Source: Eledone cirrhosa (lineage: Eukaryota). Taken from it: DNA of 64,000 bases. Position numbers and translations under genes: made by a program. Every line of letters begins with the position of its first letter. Position 1 is the stretch's first letter. The notes beneath the pieces were generated by a model. It was not told where the DNA came from. It did not search any database and worked only from the letters and a program-made list of their open reading frames with translations. Location: the NCBI GenBank assembly GCA_964016885.1, contig OZ024750.1:43462001-43526000 (forward strand). The letters are read 5' to 3'. Positions 1 to 16,219 of the stretch are shown here, piece after piece.

Positions 1-2295
<2,295 letters not shown>

Positions 2296-2439
2296 ATATA
2301 TATATATATATATATATAAGTATGTATGTATATATGTATGTATATATGTATGTATATATATGTATATATATCTCTCTCTCTATATATATATATGTGTGTG
2401 TGTGTATGTATATATATATATATATACGCATATATATAT

Positions 2440-2895
2440 TGTTATACTTGGGGAGGGTCATATTGTTATAATATTGCCAGAAATAATAACAGAACACACT
2501 CACTGTTTGGTTTGATTTGGGTTGGTTTTCGCTGTTGCATCTTTTATATCTCCATACTTAATTTATTTGGCAATCAACGTTTATCACTGATTGACCAGCA
2601 GTAAAAAATACAGCTATAAATATATATATGTATAGTCTATCACAGTTCTTTCGTCACACATCTGCGACATCATCAATAGTACTATTATGTTTCCTCCCAT
2701 TGTATTATAAATTATACGCCATTTTTATTTAATTAATCTATTCAATTCTTCTTGTCTCAGTCTCTGCGCATGCGTTTGCTAGTGTGTTTAATGTTTGGTG
2801 TGTGTGTTCGCGGTTGAGTGTATGCGTTTTCGTTTTCGTATTCTATCTTTGTTCACTCGTGTGTGTTTATATGTGCTTGTTGCTATTGTGCATGT
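2440..2895 (-). mobile_element. Diverged relative of PLE terminal family B
   Basis: Begins TGTTATACTTGGGGAGGGTCAT like family B. Mutated hammerhead (UUGAUGA...GAAAGAAC) at about 2640-2685. Confidence 0.6.
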
Positions 2896-3040
2896 ATATA
2901 TATATATATATGGAAAGTTATATTTAAATTGTTGGGTTACAACGAGTAAATATTTATAACTGATATAAAAGCACTCAACAAGTATTTGGAGTATATTTAC
3001 GATATTAAATAAATGGAAATTATATTTATAAAACCATATT

Positions 3041-3106
3041 TATTTCATTATATATATTTCAGGGATATCATATTAAAAATATGTTATGCCTTCTTCAGAC
3101 AAAATA
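3041..3106 (-). ncRNA. Minimal type-I hammerhead ribozyme, family A
   Basis: UAUUUUGU-CUGAAGA-stem II-GAAA-U(AUAU)A-UA^-AUGAAAUA. Confidence 0.8.
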
Positions 3107-4489
3107 CAATATAGACAGTCTTATAAATAAATAGATTCGACATACCGTTCAACATCGACTTGCATTTGAAAAGTTGATTTGGTAGTAAAGATATTATGGA
3201 CAGTTGTAAAAAGAAAGAAAGAAAGAAAAACGAAGAAAAAGAAGAAATGCATGCAACTAAATAGAGAGAGATAGAAAGATAGATAAAGAGAAGAACTTCA
3301 TGTAAAGAAACAGAGAGAGATATATAGAGAGAGGAAAAAATAGAGGGAGATAGATAGAGAGAGAGAGAGAGAGAAAAGAGAGAGAGAGAGAGAAAGTATA
3401 GAGAGATAGATATAGATAGAGAAACTAGGTAGTTGAGCACCAGTTGAATGACGTATCAATGATACATTTATTTATTTATTTATTTATTTAGCTCTAGTAT
3501 TAATGTAAAGAGAGATATATGTGGTTAGGGGAGAAAAAACAGCCGTTATATAGAGAGAAAAAAAAAATAACCAGACATAAACGAGGCAGATTTAAAAACA
3601 CTATGTTTCATTAATGTAGAAATATTAGTTCGTATAAAACAGGCATTATAAAGTAAATATCAGTATTCATGAATGAGACACGTATCTATAATGTGTGAAA
3701 AAATAATGATCATATGTCTAGTTTAAAAAATTCATATGTTTATATCAGAGTTGAGATAAAATAGAAGGTTATCCCAGATTTAAAACTATAAACATCGATG
3801 TGAATTTACGTGATCACCTCTGCAAATTCCTATATCACACGAAAACATTCTCATTGTGCTATAAAAATTCTAGTATACATATATGTGTATATACACACAT
3901 ATATATATAGAGTCTATATTAATTTTAACAATACTATTCTTGTCTTTACTCTACAAGATTATCGATCAAGCAGAGATAGAGAACAGATTTCAATATATTA
4001 ATAAATTAATAAAAATATCAGAAACAAAAAATAAATAAATAAACAGAAAACTAAATATTAAAAATAAATATTAAAAATAAAAATATTAAAAATATTAAAA
4101 ATAAAACATAGTATGCCCCGCAAATCCATCACAGAGATCAGCCCGTCAAAGTTAATTGACAATATATTGCCGAGTTCATTATAAGCATCAGAATCAAAAC
4201 AAATAAAATCAAAAATTATTTACCAAATCCTGTCTAGCAGAAAACATTCCAAAAGTTTAGGATACCCATTTGGTCTACAGATGTTCTTATATTTAATATA
4301 GAAATTTATCTAGTGTAAAATTTATTCGATATATTTGGAGCATCAGCTTTTAGGGTAGTGTAATTATTCATGAAGAATGTTTAAAATAAAAAAGAAGAAA
4401 TCAAAAGATTTATCGGCGAGTTTCATAAATAATTACAAATCAAACTAAATATACTAGATTTTAAATTTAAATTTATATTTAAAAGTTGA

Positions 4490-5293
4490 GTTCAATCTAT
4501 GTCTGCAGCAACTGAATAAATTTGTCCGTAGATTAAGGGAATTTTTAGATTTTAGTATAAAGAATATCTCCTCCGCGCAGAGGTCACATGTCTCAGAGGA
4601 TGAATTAAAAGGAATCCCTCTTGAGACTATATTCCAAGCCGTTGAATATCTAACGTTATCATGCCTAAGTTGCCAGAGTACGCCTGATAGTGCTGTTGAA
4701 GATTTTTTGCTTGGATCTGTGAAAGAATTCTTGTGGTTATTATAGCGAAGTTTAAATTCCGTCGATGTGGAACCAACGTAGTTAAAAGAATTAAAGTCCG
4801 TTTTTACATTACAGTTGTATATTATATTTTTAACTAAGCAATTGTTATTTAACGGACATTTAGATCTATCTCTACAGTTACATTTGTTAACTTGGATATT
4901 ATTTATGCTATTATCGCTAGGTTTTAAGTTCCTATTATTTATTCTATTAATATTTTGTGCAAAAATTTTTGGTGGATGAGTAGGTTAATTTTATAGTATA
5001 TCTATTGAAAATTGAGTGATACCTATGTGTTCTAGGGAAGCGATTATCAAGAGCTTTAAAAAATAGTTTAGCGATGTGGGTTTTAATGTTTAGTGAGAAA
5101 GGGGGGGCAAACCATATTATATTCCTAGTTCTATTTCTTTTTTGGCTTTTGGAATTATTGTAATGCTTTCTATTATAGTTGTTAAAGTTGTGGCCGTAAT
5201 TAAAATAGTTGTTATTTTGTTTAGTTTGTCTATTATTATCTATGTACATAATTTTATAACTATATCCTGCTCTAGCTAACGCTTCATTGTAAT
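4490..5293 (-). pseudogene. PLE RT C-terminus, Zn linker and GIY-YIG endonuclease (frameshifted)
   Basis: IIWFAPPFS...KCNCRDRSKCPLNNNCLVKNIIYNC...NYVGSTSTEFKLRYNNHK...TALSGVLW...CDLCAEE...LNLRTNLFSCCRHR. Confidence 0.9.
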
Positions 5294-6798
5294 ACTCTGA
5301 GACATGTGACCTCTGCGCGGAGGAGATATTCTTTATACTAAAATCTAAAAATTCCCTTAATCTATGGACACATTTATTCAGTTGCTGCAGACATAGATTG
5401 AACTCAACTTTTAAATATAAATTTAAATTTAAAATGTAGTATATTTAGTTTGATTTGTAATTATTTATGAAACTCGCCGATAAATCTTTTGATTTCTTCT
5501 TTTTTATTTTAAACATTCTTCATGAATAATTACACTACCCTAAAAGCTGATGCTCCAAATATATCGAATAAATTTTACACTAGATAAACTTCTATATTAA
5601 ATATAAGAACATCTGTAGACCAAATGGGTATCCTAAACTTTTGGAATGTTTTCTGCTAGACAGGATTTGGTAAATAATTTTTGGTTTTATTTGTTTTGAT
5701 TCTGATGCTTATAATGAACTCGGCAATATATTGTCAATTAACTTTGAAGGGTTGATCTCTGTGATGGATTTGCGGGGCATACTATGTTTTATTTTTAATA
5801 TTTTTAATATTTTTATTTTTAATATTTATTTTTAATATTTAGTTTTCTGTTTATTTATTTATTTTTTGTTTCTGATATTTTTATTAATTTATTAATATAT
5901 TGAAATCTGTTCTCTATCTCTGCTTGATCGATAATCTTGTAGAGTAAAGACAAGAATAGTATTGTTAAAATTAATATAGACTCTATATATATATGTGTGT
6001 ATATACACATATATGTATACTAGAATTTTTATAGCACAATGAGAATGTTTTCGTGTGATATAGGAATTTGCAGAGGTGATCACGTAAATTCACATCGATG
6101 TTTATAGTTTTAAATCTGGGATAACCTTCTATTTTATCTCAACTCTGATATAAACATATGAATTTTTTAAACTAGACATATGATCATTATTTTTTCACAC
6201 ATTATAGATACGTGTCTCATTCATGAATACTGATATTTACTTTATAATGCCTGTTTTATAGGAACTAATATTTCTACATTAATGAAACATAGTGTTTTTA
6301 AATCTGCCTCGTTTATGTCTGGTTATTTTTCTTTTCTCTCTATATAACGGCTGTTTTTTCTCTCCTAACCACATATATCTCTCTTTACATTAATACTAGA
6401 GCTAAATAAATAAATAAATAAATAAATGTATCATTGATACGTCATTCAACTGGTGCTCAACTACCTAGTTTCTCTATCTATATCTATCTCTCTATATTTT
6501 CTCTCTCTCTCTCTCTCTCTCTCTCTTTTCTCTCTCTCTCTCTCTATCTATCTCCCTCTATTTTTTCCTCTCTCTATATATCTCTCTCTGTTTCTTTACA
6601 TGAAGTTCTTCTCTTTATCTATCTTTCTATCTCTCTCTATTTAGTTGCATGCATTTCTTCTTTTTCTTCGTTTTTCTTTCTTTCTTTCTTTTTACAACTG
6701 TCCATAATATCTTTACTACCAAATCAACTTTTCAAATGCAAGTCGATGTTGAACGGTATGTCGAATCTATTTATTTATTTATAAGACTGTCTATATTG

Positions 6799-6864
6799 TA
6801 TTTTGTCTGAAGAAGGCATAACATATTTTTAATATGATATCCCTGAAATATATATAATGAAATA
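6799..6864 (+). ncRNA. Minimal type-I hammerhead ribozyme, family A
   Basis: 8-bp stem I with 2 GU pairs, CUGAAGA, stem II, GAAA, palindromic AUAU loop III, AUA cleavage triplet. Confidence 0.8.
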
Positions 6865-6901
6865 AATATGGTTTTATAAATATAATTTCCATTTATTTAA
6901 T

Positions 6902-6970
<69 letters not shown>

Positions 6971-6974
<4 letters not shown>

Positions 6975-7320
6975 ATACTTTGGGAGGGTCATGTTGCCAA
7001 TAAGAAACACACGCACCAGTTGTTTCACTTCAATTTATTATTATAATAAATTTAAATTTCTTGTTGGTTGGTTGGTTCCACAACCAGATAGTTGTTTATA
7101 TATTGTCATAGTTCTTTCGTCACACACTCTGTGACCTCTTCAGTGACTGGGGATTCCTTTCTTTGTTTCTGTGCCTCTCCTTTGTTCTGTCCTACGCCAT
7201 TTTGTTTCTGTGTGTGTGTTGTGTGCTCAGTCTGCGCAACATGACCCTCCCAAAGTATAACAATATCGGTTTCAACACACGATTTCAGATAAAGAATCTT
7301 GCTAAACAAATTCAGAAACG

Positions 7321-7324
<4 letters not shown>
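6971..7324. mobile_element. PLE terminal remnant, family B, with short inverted end and tail
   Basis: Inverted 27-bp GCAACATGACCCTCCCAAAGTATAACA ends; tail ...CAGAAACGAA; flanked by (TA)n. Other copies at 32891, 34800, 39333 and 49767. Confidence 0.75.
7105..7147 (-). ncRNA. Minimal hammerhead ribozyme, family B
   Basis: GUCA-CUGAAGA-G-GUCACA/UGUGAC-GAAA-G(AA)C-UA^-UGAC. Confidence 0.7.
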
Positions 7325-7370
<46 letters not shown>

Positions 7371-7394
7371 TTATTTATATTTATTTATATTTCC

Positions 7395-7665
7395 CTTAAG
7401 TCAGTATTGTTTGTTTGCGTATGGTTGTTGATGTTATTCCATTCGTTCTTTCTGTTCAACTTCGGTCTTCTTAACCCTATCTCAGTTGCTTCTCTGATTT
7501 GCCAACTTGTTGACTCATTTCTATGCTTAGATATTATTTTAATGTCCATGTTGTCTATATTACTGTCATGTCTTCGTCTGGCGTGTTCATATAGTACTGA
7601 ACCGTTTTTTTTGTCCTTTTAGTTCCCAAACGGTTCAGTTCTATATGAACACGCCAAACAAAGCT
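7395..7665 (-). mobile_element. C-terminal GIY-YIG fragment of a second PLE lineage, with a short inverted repeat
   Basis: GSVLYEHARRRHDSNIDNMDIKIISKHRNESTSWQIREATEIGLRRPKLNRKNEW (H, E and LN motifs of GIY-YIG). Imperfect inverted repeat 7580-7607/7628-7655. Confidence 0.7.
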
Positions 7666-7772
7666 TCCACCATTTACACAGGTCGTTGATCGCTTCCTTT
7701 TTACTTCACAACTGACAGACGATAATGTGGTCCACACATCCTTATTCAGTTAAACCCTTACTATATACATAC

Positions 7773-7810
<38 letters not shown>

Positions 7811-8071
7811 ATAATAAAATGTGGAGATGGATGTGTGTGTGTGTATGTGTATGTATATATATACATACATATATATATGTATATATATATATATATATAT
7901 ATTTGCATATATATATATATATATATATGTATGTATACAAGCATTATACCTAAACTAAAACCCCTGTTTAATCATTAATATATTTAATTACTTCTCTGAG
8001 TTACTAATTTATCTCTATATGTTATTCTTTTAATAAGATGTCTGAGAATTAGAGACAAATAACACTTTAAT

Positions 8072-8140
<69 letters not shown>

Positions 8141-8196
8141 CACACACACACATATATATGTTTATATATATACATATAAATACATATAACTCCCCC

Positions 8197-8247
<51 letters not shown>

Positions 8248-8316
8248 AAACAAAGGATAAGAAGATAAGTTAAGCCCAATGGATATTTAGCTAAAACCAG
8301 AGGATTGAAGTGACTT

Positions 8317-8319
<3 letters not shown>

Positions 8320-8352
<33 letters not shown>

Positions 8353-9640
8353 GTATGTATATATTGTGTGTATATATATATTGTGTATGTATATATTGTG
8401 TATGTATATATTGCGTATATATATATATTGTGTATGTATATATTGTGTGTATATATATATTGTGTATGTATATATTGTGTGTATATATATATTGAGTATA
8501 TATATATATTGTGTATGTATATATTGTGTGTATATATATATTGAGTATATATATATATTGTGTATGTATATATTGTGTATATATATATATTGTGTATGTA
8601 TATATTGTATATATATATATATATTGTGTATGTATATATTGTGTATATATATATATATTGAGTATATATATATATTGTGTAAGTATATATTGTGTATATA
8701 TATCTATTAAGTGTATATATATATTGTGTATGTATATATTGTATATATATATATCCATTGAGTATATATATATATATTGTGTATGTATATATTGTGTATA
8801 TATATATATATTGAGTATATATATATATTATGTATGTATATATTGTGTATATATATATATTGTATATATATATATATTGTGTATGTATATATTGTGTATA
8901 TATATATATTGAGTATATATATATATTGTGTATGTATATATTGTGTATATATATATTGTGTGTTTATATATATATATTGTGTGTTTATATATTGTGTATA
9001 TATATATACCGTGTGTTTATATATATATATATATATTGTGTGTTTATATATATATATGTATATATTGTGTGTTTATATATATATATATATATATAAATAT
9101 TGTGTGTTTATATATTGTGTATATATATATTGTGTATGTATATATTGTGTGTTTATATATATATATGTATATATTGTGTGTTTATATATATATATATATT
9201 GTGTGTTTATATATTGTGTATATATATATCGTATGTTTATATATATATATTGTGTGTTTATATATCGTATGTTTATATATATATATTGTGTGTTTATATA
9301 TTGTACGTATATGTATATATTGTGTATATATATATATTTTGTATGTATAGATTGTGCATATATATATATATATTGTGTGTTTATATATATTGTGTCTATA
9401 TATACTGCGTGTATATATATATATTGTGTGACTGTGTTTATATATATTGTGTCTATATATATATACTGTGTGCATATATATATATATTGTGTGACTGTGT
9501 TTATATATATTGTGTCTATATATATATACTGTGTGTATATATATATATATTGTGTGACTGTGTTTATATATATTGTGTCTATATATATATACTGTGTGCA
9601 TATATATATATTGTCTGACTGTGTTTATATATATTGTGTA
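8320..9640. repeat. (TA)-derived minisatellite (TATATTGTGTATGTA variants)
   Basis: Direct inspection. Confidence 0.95.
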
Positions 9641-9774
9641 GGACAAGAAAGCTTAAGTGTTTGTTTGTGTTGTCACCTTAAATATATACTTACTTATCTA
9701 CTTCCCTTTGTAAGTAATGTTTATATACTTAGTATATAAATAAGAGGATATCTAAGTTAGTTTGGACCAACAAG

Positions 9775-12700
9775 TGTGGTGTGGTGTAGTATAGTGTCGT
9801 GGCTGTGTGGTGTGTGTTATAGTGTCGTGTCTGTGTGGTGTGTGTTATAGTGTCGTGGCTGTGTGGTGTGTGTTATAGTGTCGTGTCTGTGTGGTGTAGT
9901 ATAGTGTCGTGGCTGTGTGGTGTGTGTTATAGTGTCGTGGCTGTGTGGTGTGTGTTATAGTGTCGTGTCTGTGTGGTGTAGTATAGTGTCGTGTCTGTGT
10001 GGTGTGTGTTATAGTGTCGTGTCTGTGTGGTGTAGTATAGTGTCGTGTCTGTGTGGTGTGTGTTATAGTGTCGTGGCGTGTGGTGTGTGTTATAGTGTCG
10101 TGTCTGTGTGGTGTAGTATAGTGTCGTGTCTGTGTGGTGTGTGTTATAGTGTCGTGGCGTGTGGTGTGTGTTATAGTGTCGTGGCTGTGTGGTGTGTGTT
10201 ATAGTGTCGTGTCTGTGTGGTGTAGTATAGTGTCGTGGCTGTGTGGTGTGTGTTATAGTGTCGTGTCTGTGTGGTGTAGTATAGTGTCGTGGCTGTGTGG
10301 TGTGTGTTATAGTGTCGTGTCTGTGTGGTGTGTGTTATAGTGTCGTGGCTGTGTGGTGTGTGTTATAGTGTCGTGGCTGTGTGGTGTGTGTTATAGTGTC
10401 GTGGCTGTGTGGTGTGTGTTATAGTGTCGTGTCTGTGTGGTGTAGTATAGTGTCGTGGCTGTGTGGTGTGTGTTATAGTGTCGTGGCGTGTGGTGTGTGT
10501 TATAGTGTCGTGGCTGTGTGGTGTGTGTTATAGTGTCGTGGCTGTGTGGTGTGTGTTATAGTGTCGTGTCTGTGTGGTGCAGTATAGTGTCGTGGCTGTG
10601 TGGTGCAGTATAGTGTCGTGGCTGTGTGGTGTGTGTTATAGTGTCGTGGCTGTGTGGTGTGTGTTATAGTGTCGTGGCTGTGTGGTGTGTGTTATAGTGT
10701 CGTGGCTGTGTGGTGTGTGTTATAGTGTCGTGTCTGTGTGGTGCAGTATAGTGTCGTGGCTGTGTGGTGCAGTATAGTGTCGTGGCTGTGTGGTGTGTGT
10801 TATAGTGTCGTGGCTGTGTGGTGTGTGTTATAGTGTCGTGGCTGTGTGGTGTGTGTTATAGTGTCGTGTCTGTGTGGTGTGTGTTATAGTGTCGTGTCTG
10901 TGTGGTGTAGTATAGTGTCGTGTCTGTGTGGTGTGTGTTATAGTGTCGTGGCTGTGTGGTGTGTGTTATAGTGTCGTGGCTGTGTGGTGTGTGTTATAGT
11001 GTCGTGTCTGTGTGGTGTAGTATAGTGTCGTGTCTGTGTGGTGTGTGTTATAGTGTCGTGGCGTGTGGTGTGTGTTATAGTGTCGTGGCTGTCTGGTGTA
11101 GTATAGTGTCGTGGCTGTGTGGTGTGTGTTATAGTGTCGTGTCTGTGTGGTGTGTGTTATAGTGTCGTGGCTGTGTGGTGTGTGTTATAGTGTCGTGGCT
11201 GTGTGGTGTGTGTTATAGTGTCGTGGCTGTGTGGTGTAGTATAGTGTCGTGGCTGTGTGGTGTGTGTTATAGTGTCGTGGCTGTGTGGTGTAGTATAGTG
11301 TCGTGTCTGTGTGGTGTGTATTATAGTGTCGTGGCGTGTGGTGTGTGTTATATTGTCGTGGCTGTGTGGTGTAGTATAGTGTCGTGGCTGTGTGGTGTGT
11401 GTTATAGTGTCGTGTCTGTGTGGTGTGTGTTATAGTGTCGTGGCTGTGTGGTGTGTGTTATAGTGTCGTGGCTGTGTGGTGTGTGTTATAGTGTCGTGGC
11501 TGTGTGGTGTAGTATAGTGTCGTGGCTGTGTGGTGTGTGTTATAGTGTCGTGGCTGTGTGGTGCAGTATAGTGTCGTGGCTGTGTGGTGTGTGTTATAGT
11601 GTCGTGTCTGTGTGGTGTAGTATAGTGTCGTGCCTGTGTGGTGCAGTATAGTGTCGTGGCTGTGTGGTGTGTGTTATAGTGTCGTGGCTGTGTGGTGTGT
11701 GTTATAGTGTCGTGTCTGTGTGGTGTAGTATAGTGTCGTGTCTGTGTGGTGTGTGTTATAGTGTCGTGGCTGTGTGGTGTGTGTTATAGTGTCGTGGCTG
11801 TGTGGTGTGGTGTAGTATAGTGTCGTGGCTGTGTGGTGTGTGTTATAGTGTCGTGGCTGTGTGGTGTAGTATAGTGTCGTGGCTGTGTGGTGTGTGTTAT
11901 AGTGTCGTGTCTGTGTGGTGTGTGTTATAGTGTCGTGTCTGTGTGGTGTAGTATAGTGTCGTGTCTGTGTGGTGTGTGTTATAGTGTCGTGTCTGTGTGG
12001 TGTAGTATAGTGTCGTGTCTGTGTGGTGTAGTATAGTGTCGTGTCTGTGTGGTGTGTGTTATAGTGTCGTGGCTGTGTGGTGTGTAGTATAGTGTCGTGG
12101 CTGTGTGGTGTGTGTTATAGTGTCGTGGCTGTGTGGTGTGTAGTATAGTGTCGTGGCTGTGTGGTGTGTGTTATAGTGTCGTGGCTGTGTGGTGTGGTGT
12201 AGTATAGTGTCGTGTCTGTGTGGTGTGTGTTATAGTGTCGTGGCTGTGTGGTGTGTGTTATAGTGTCGTGTCTGTGTGGTGTGTGTTATAGTGTCGTGGC
12301 TGTGTGGTGTGGTGTAGTATAGTGTCGTGGCTGTGTGGTGTGTGTTATAGTGTCGTGTCTGTGTGGTGTGTGTTATAGTGTCGTGTCTGTGTGGTGTAGT
12401 ATAGTGTCGTGTCTGTGTGGTGTAGTATAGTGTCGTGTCTGTGTGGTGTGTGTTATAGTGTCGTGGCTGTGTGGTGTGTAGTATAGTGTCGTGGCTGTGT
12501 GGTGTGTGTTATAGTGTCGTGGCTGTGTGGTGTGTGTTATAGTGTCGTGGCTGTGTGGTGTGTGTTATAGTGTCGTGGCTGTGTGGTGTGTGTTATAGTG
12601 TCGTGGCTGTGTGGTGTGTGTTATAGTGTCGTGGCTGTGTGGTGTGGTGTAGTATAGTGTCGTGGCTGTATGGTGTGTGTTATAGTGTCGTGGCTGTGTG

Positions 12701-13098
12701 GTGCAGTATAGTGTCGTGGCTGTGTGGTGTGGTGTAGTATAGTGTCGTGGCTGTGTGGTGTGTGTTATAGTGTCGTGGCTGTGTGGTGTGTGTTATAGTG
12801 TCGTGTCTGTGTGGTGTGTGTTATAGTGTCGTGGCTGTGTGGTGTGTGTTATAGTGTCGTGTCTGTGTGGTGTGTGTTATAGTGTCGTGGCTGTGTGGTG
12901 CAGTATAGTGTCGTGGCTGTGTGGTGTGTGTTATAGTGTTGTGGCTGTGTGGTGTGTGTTATAGTGTCGTGGCTGTGTGGTGTAGTATAGTGTCGTGGCT
13001 GTGTGGTACAGTATAGTGTCGTGGCTGTGTGGTGTAGTATAGGGTCGTGGCTGTGTGGTGTAGTATAGGGTCGTGGCTGTGTGGTGTGTGTTATAGTG
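9775..13098. repeat. 27-29 bp minisatellite TATAGTGTCGTG(G/T)CTGTGTGGTGTGTGT
   Basis: More than 100 tandem units with a few interchangeable variants. Confidence 0.97.
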
Positions 13099-13104
13099 GA
13101 GTTC

Positions 13105-14345
13105 AGGTGTGATGTGCTATTTTGCTGTAGTATACGAGTGGTGTGGTATGGTGTGGTGTGGTTTGGTGTGGTGTGGTGTAGTGTAGTGTGTTGTGGTGTG
13201 GTGTAATCTGGTGTGGTGTAGTGTAGTATAGTGTGGTGTAGTGTAATAAAGTGTGTTGTAGTGTGGTGTGGTGTGGTGTAGTGTAGTGTGTTGTGGTGTG
13301 GTGTGGTGTGATGTAGTGTAGTGTGGTGTGGTGTAGTGTAGTGTAGTGTTGTGTGTTGTGGTGTGGTGTAGAGTGGTGTGGTGTAGTGTAGTGCGGTGTG
13401 GTGTAGTGTAGTGTGTTGTAATGTAGTGTAGTATAGTGTAGTGTGGTGTAGTGTAGTGTCATGTGGTGTAGTGTAGTGTGGTGTGGTGTGGTGTTGTGTA
13501 GTGTAGTGTGGCGTGGTGTGGTGTAGAATAGTGTGGCGTGGTGTGGTATAGTTTGGTGTAGTGTGGTTTGGTGTGGTGTAGTGTAGTGTGGTATGGTGTG
13601 GTGTAGTGTAGTATGTTGTAGTGTAGTGTGGTGTAGTATAGTGTAGTGTAGTGCGGTGTGGTGTGGTATGGTGTAGTGTAGTATAGTCTGGTATGGTGTG
13701 GTGTTGTGTAGTGTGGTGTAGTGTAGTGTCATGTGGTGTAGTGTGGTGGGGTGAAGTGTGGTGGGGCGTGGTGTGGTGTAGTGTAGTGAGGTGTGGTGTG
13801 GTGTGGTGTAGTGTAGTGAGGTGTGGTGTGGTGTAGTGTAGTATAATGTAGTGTAGTGTAGTGTAGTGTAGTGAGGTGTGGTGTAGTGAGGTGTGATGTA
13901 GTGAGGTGTGGTGTGGTGTGGTGTAGTATAATGTAGTGTAGTGTAGTGAGGTGTGGTGTGGTGTAGTGTAGTGAGGTGTGGTGTGGTGTAGTATAATGTA
14001 GTGTAGTGTAGTTTAGTGAGGTGTGGTGTAGTGAGGTGTGGTGTGGTGTGGTGTAGTGAGGTGTGGTGTGGTGTAGTGTAGTATAATGTAGTGTAGTGTA
14101 GTGTAGTGAGGTGTGGTGTAGTGAGGTGTGGTGTAGTGAGGTGTGGTGTGGTGTGGTGTAGTATAATGTAGTGTAGTGTAGTGAGGTGTGGTGTGGTGTA
14201 GTGTAGTGAGGTGTGGTGTGGTGTAGTATAATGTAGTGTAGTGTAGTTTAGTGAGGTGTGGTGTAGTGAGGTGTGGTGTGGTGTGGTGTAGTATAATGTA
14301 GTATAGAGTAGTGTAGTGTAGTGAGGTGTGGTGTGGTGTGGTGTT
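13105..14345. repeat. (GTGTA/GTGTG/GTGAG)n pentamer satellite
   Basis: Direct inspection. Confidence 0.95.
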
Positions 14346-14429
14346 GTCCGTGGCCTGTGTCTCAATAATTTCCTTTGTTCTCAACCCTGGAGAATTCACT
14401 ATGATGACGATAACGAATATCTGGTGATA

Positions 14430-14695
14430 AAGATGATAGTGATGATGGTACTGATGGTGGTAGTGGTGATGGTAGTGATGATGGTGGTAGTGGTGATGGT
14501 AGTGATGATGGTGGTAGTGGTGATGGTGGTAGTGGTGATGATGGTAGTGATGATGATGGTAGTGATGATGGTAGTGGTGATGGTAGTGATGATGGTAGTG
14601 GTGATGGTAGTGATGATGGTAGTGGTGATGGTAGTGATGATGGTAGTGGTGATGGTAGTGGTGATGGTAGTGGTGATGGTAGTGGTGATGGTAAA
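14430..14695. repeat. (GAT/GGT/AGT)n trinucleotide repeat
   Basis: Direct inspection. Confidence 0.95.
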
Positions 14696-14719
14696 GGTGT
14701 GGATGAGGAAGATGAAAAT

Positions 14720-14853
14720 AATTGTTTCTACTTTAGGCACAAGGCCAGCAAATTAACCAGTGTATTACTGGTACTTTATTTTATCGACCCCGTAAGGATG
14801 AAAGGCAAAGTTAACCTCGGCGGGATTTGAACTTAGATCGTAAAGGGACGTAA
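14720..14853 (-). mobile_element. tRNA-derived SINE with Meta-like central domain (5'-truncated)
   Basis: Reverse complement contains B box GTTCAAATCC and GCCTTTCATCCTTACGGGGTCGATAAAATAAAGTACCAG. Confidence 0.85.
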
Positions 14854-15190
14854 GAAGAAGAAGCAGAAGAAGAAGATGAAGAAGAAGAAGAAGGGGAAGA
14901 AGAAGAAGCAGACGAAGCAGAAGAAGAAGGGGAAGAAGAAGAAGCAGACGAAGCAGAAGAAGAAGAGGATGAAGAAGGAGAAGAATAAGAAGAAAAAGAA
15001 GAAGAGGAAGAAGAAGAAGTAGTAGAAGAAGAAGAGGAAGAAGAAGAAACAGAAAAAGAAAAAGAAGAAGGAGAAGAAAAAGAAAAAGAAGAAGAAGAAG
15101 GAGAAGAAGAATAATAATAAGAAGAAGAAGAAAAAGAAGAAGAAGAAAAAAAAGAAGAAGAAGGAGGAGGAGGAAGAGGAGAAGGAGAAC
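14854..15190. repeat. (GAA)n repeat
   Basis: Direct inspection. Confidence 0.95.
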
Positions 15191-15435
15191 AAGAGGAATA
15201 TAAAAAAAAAACAGAAGGAAAAACGAAAGAAAGGAATCAGTAGAACAATACCCTCCCCCCACCTCCACAAAACCCCGAAAGAGGATCTGTGGTTAATCAT
15301 TTGGTGGTTTTAATAGAGATTTATCCCCTTACACCTGTCCCACAGGTGTAAGGGGATAAATGTAGGATGGTGGTGGTGGGGGGAGGGGACGTTGGAAGAC
15401 AATGACAATAATCCCTGCTGCAGGGGCGTTCATCT

Positions 15436-16190
<755 letters not shown>

Positions 16191-16219
16191 CTGTGATTAT
16201 GTGTTCCCCTAACACCTAC

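Larger units (their letters stand above)
2912..6907. mobile_element. 5'-truncated Penelope-like element (family A, probably Naiad-type) with inverted pLTR
   Basis: Arms 2998-4598 and 5295-6907 are near-identical reverse complements. The spacer encodes the linker and GIY-YIG on the minus strand. An 86-nt tail lies on one side only. Flanked by (TA)n. Confidence 0.9.

Noticed and set aside
4490-5293. Selenocysteine-encoding PLE (known for some Naiad elements)
   Set aside because: The conserved Cys codons I could read (CNC, CPL, CL, CDLC, CCRH) are TGY, not TGA; no convincing SECIS seen.
14345-14425. Next exon of the glutaredoxin-like segment
   Set aside because: No frame gives Grx motifs (TVP, GG) and there is no donor site.
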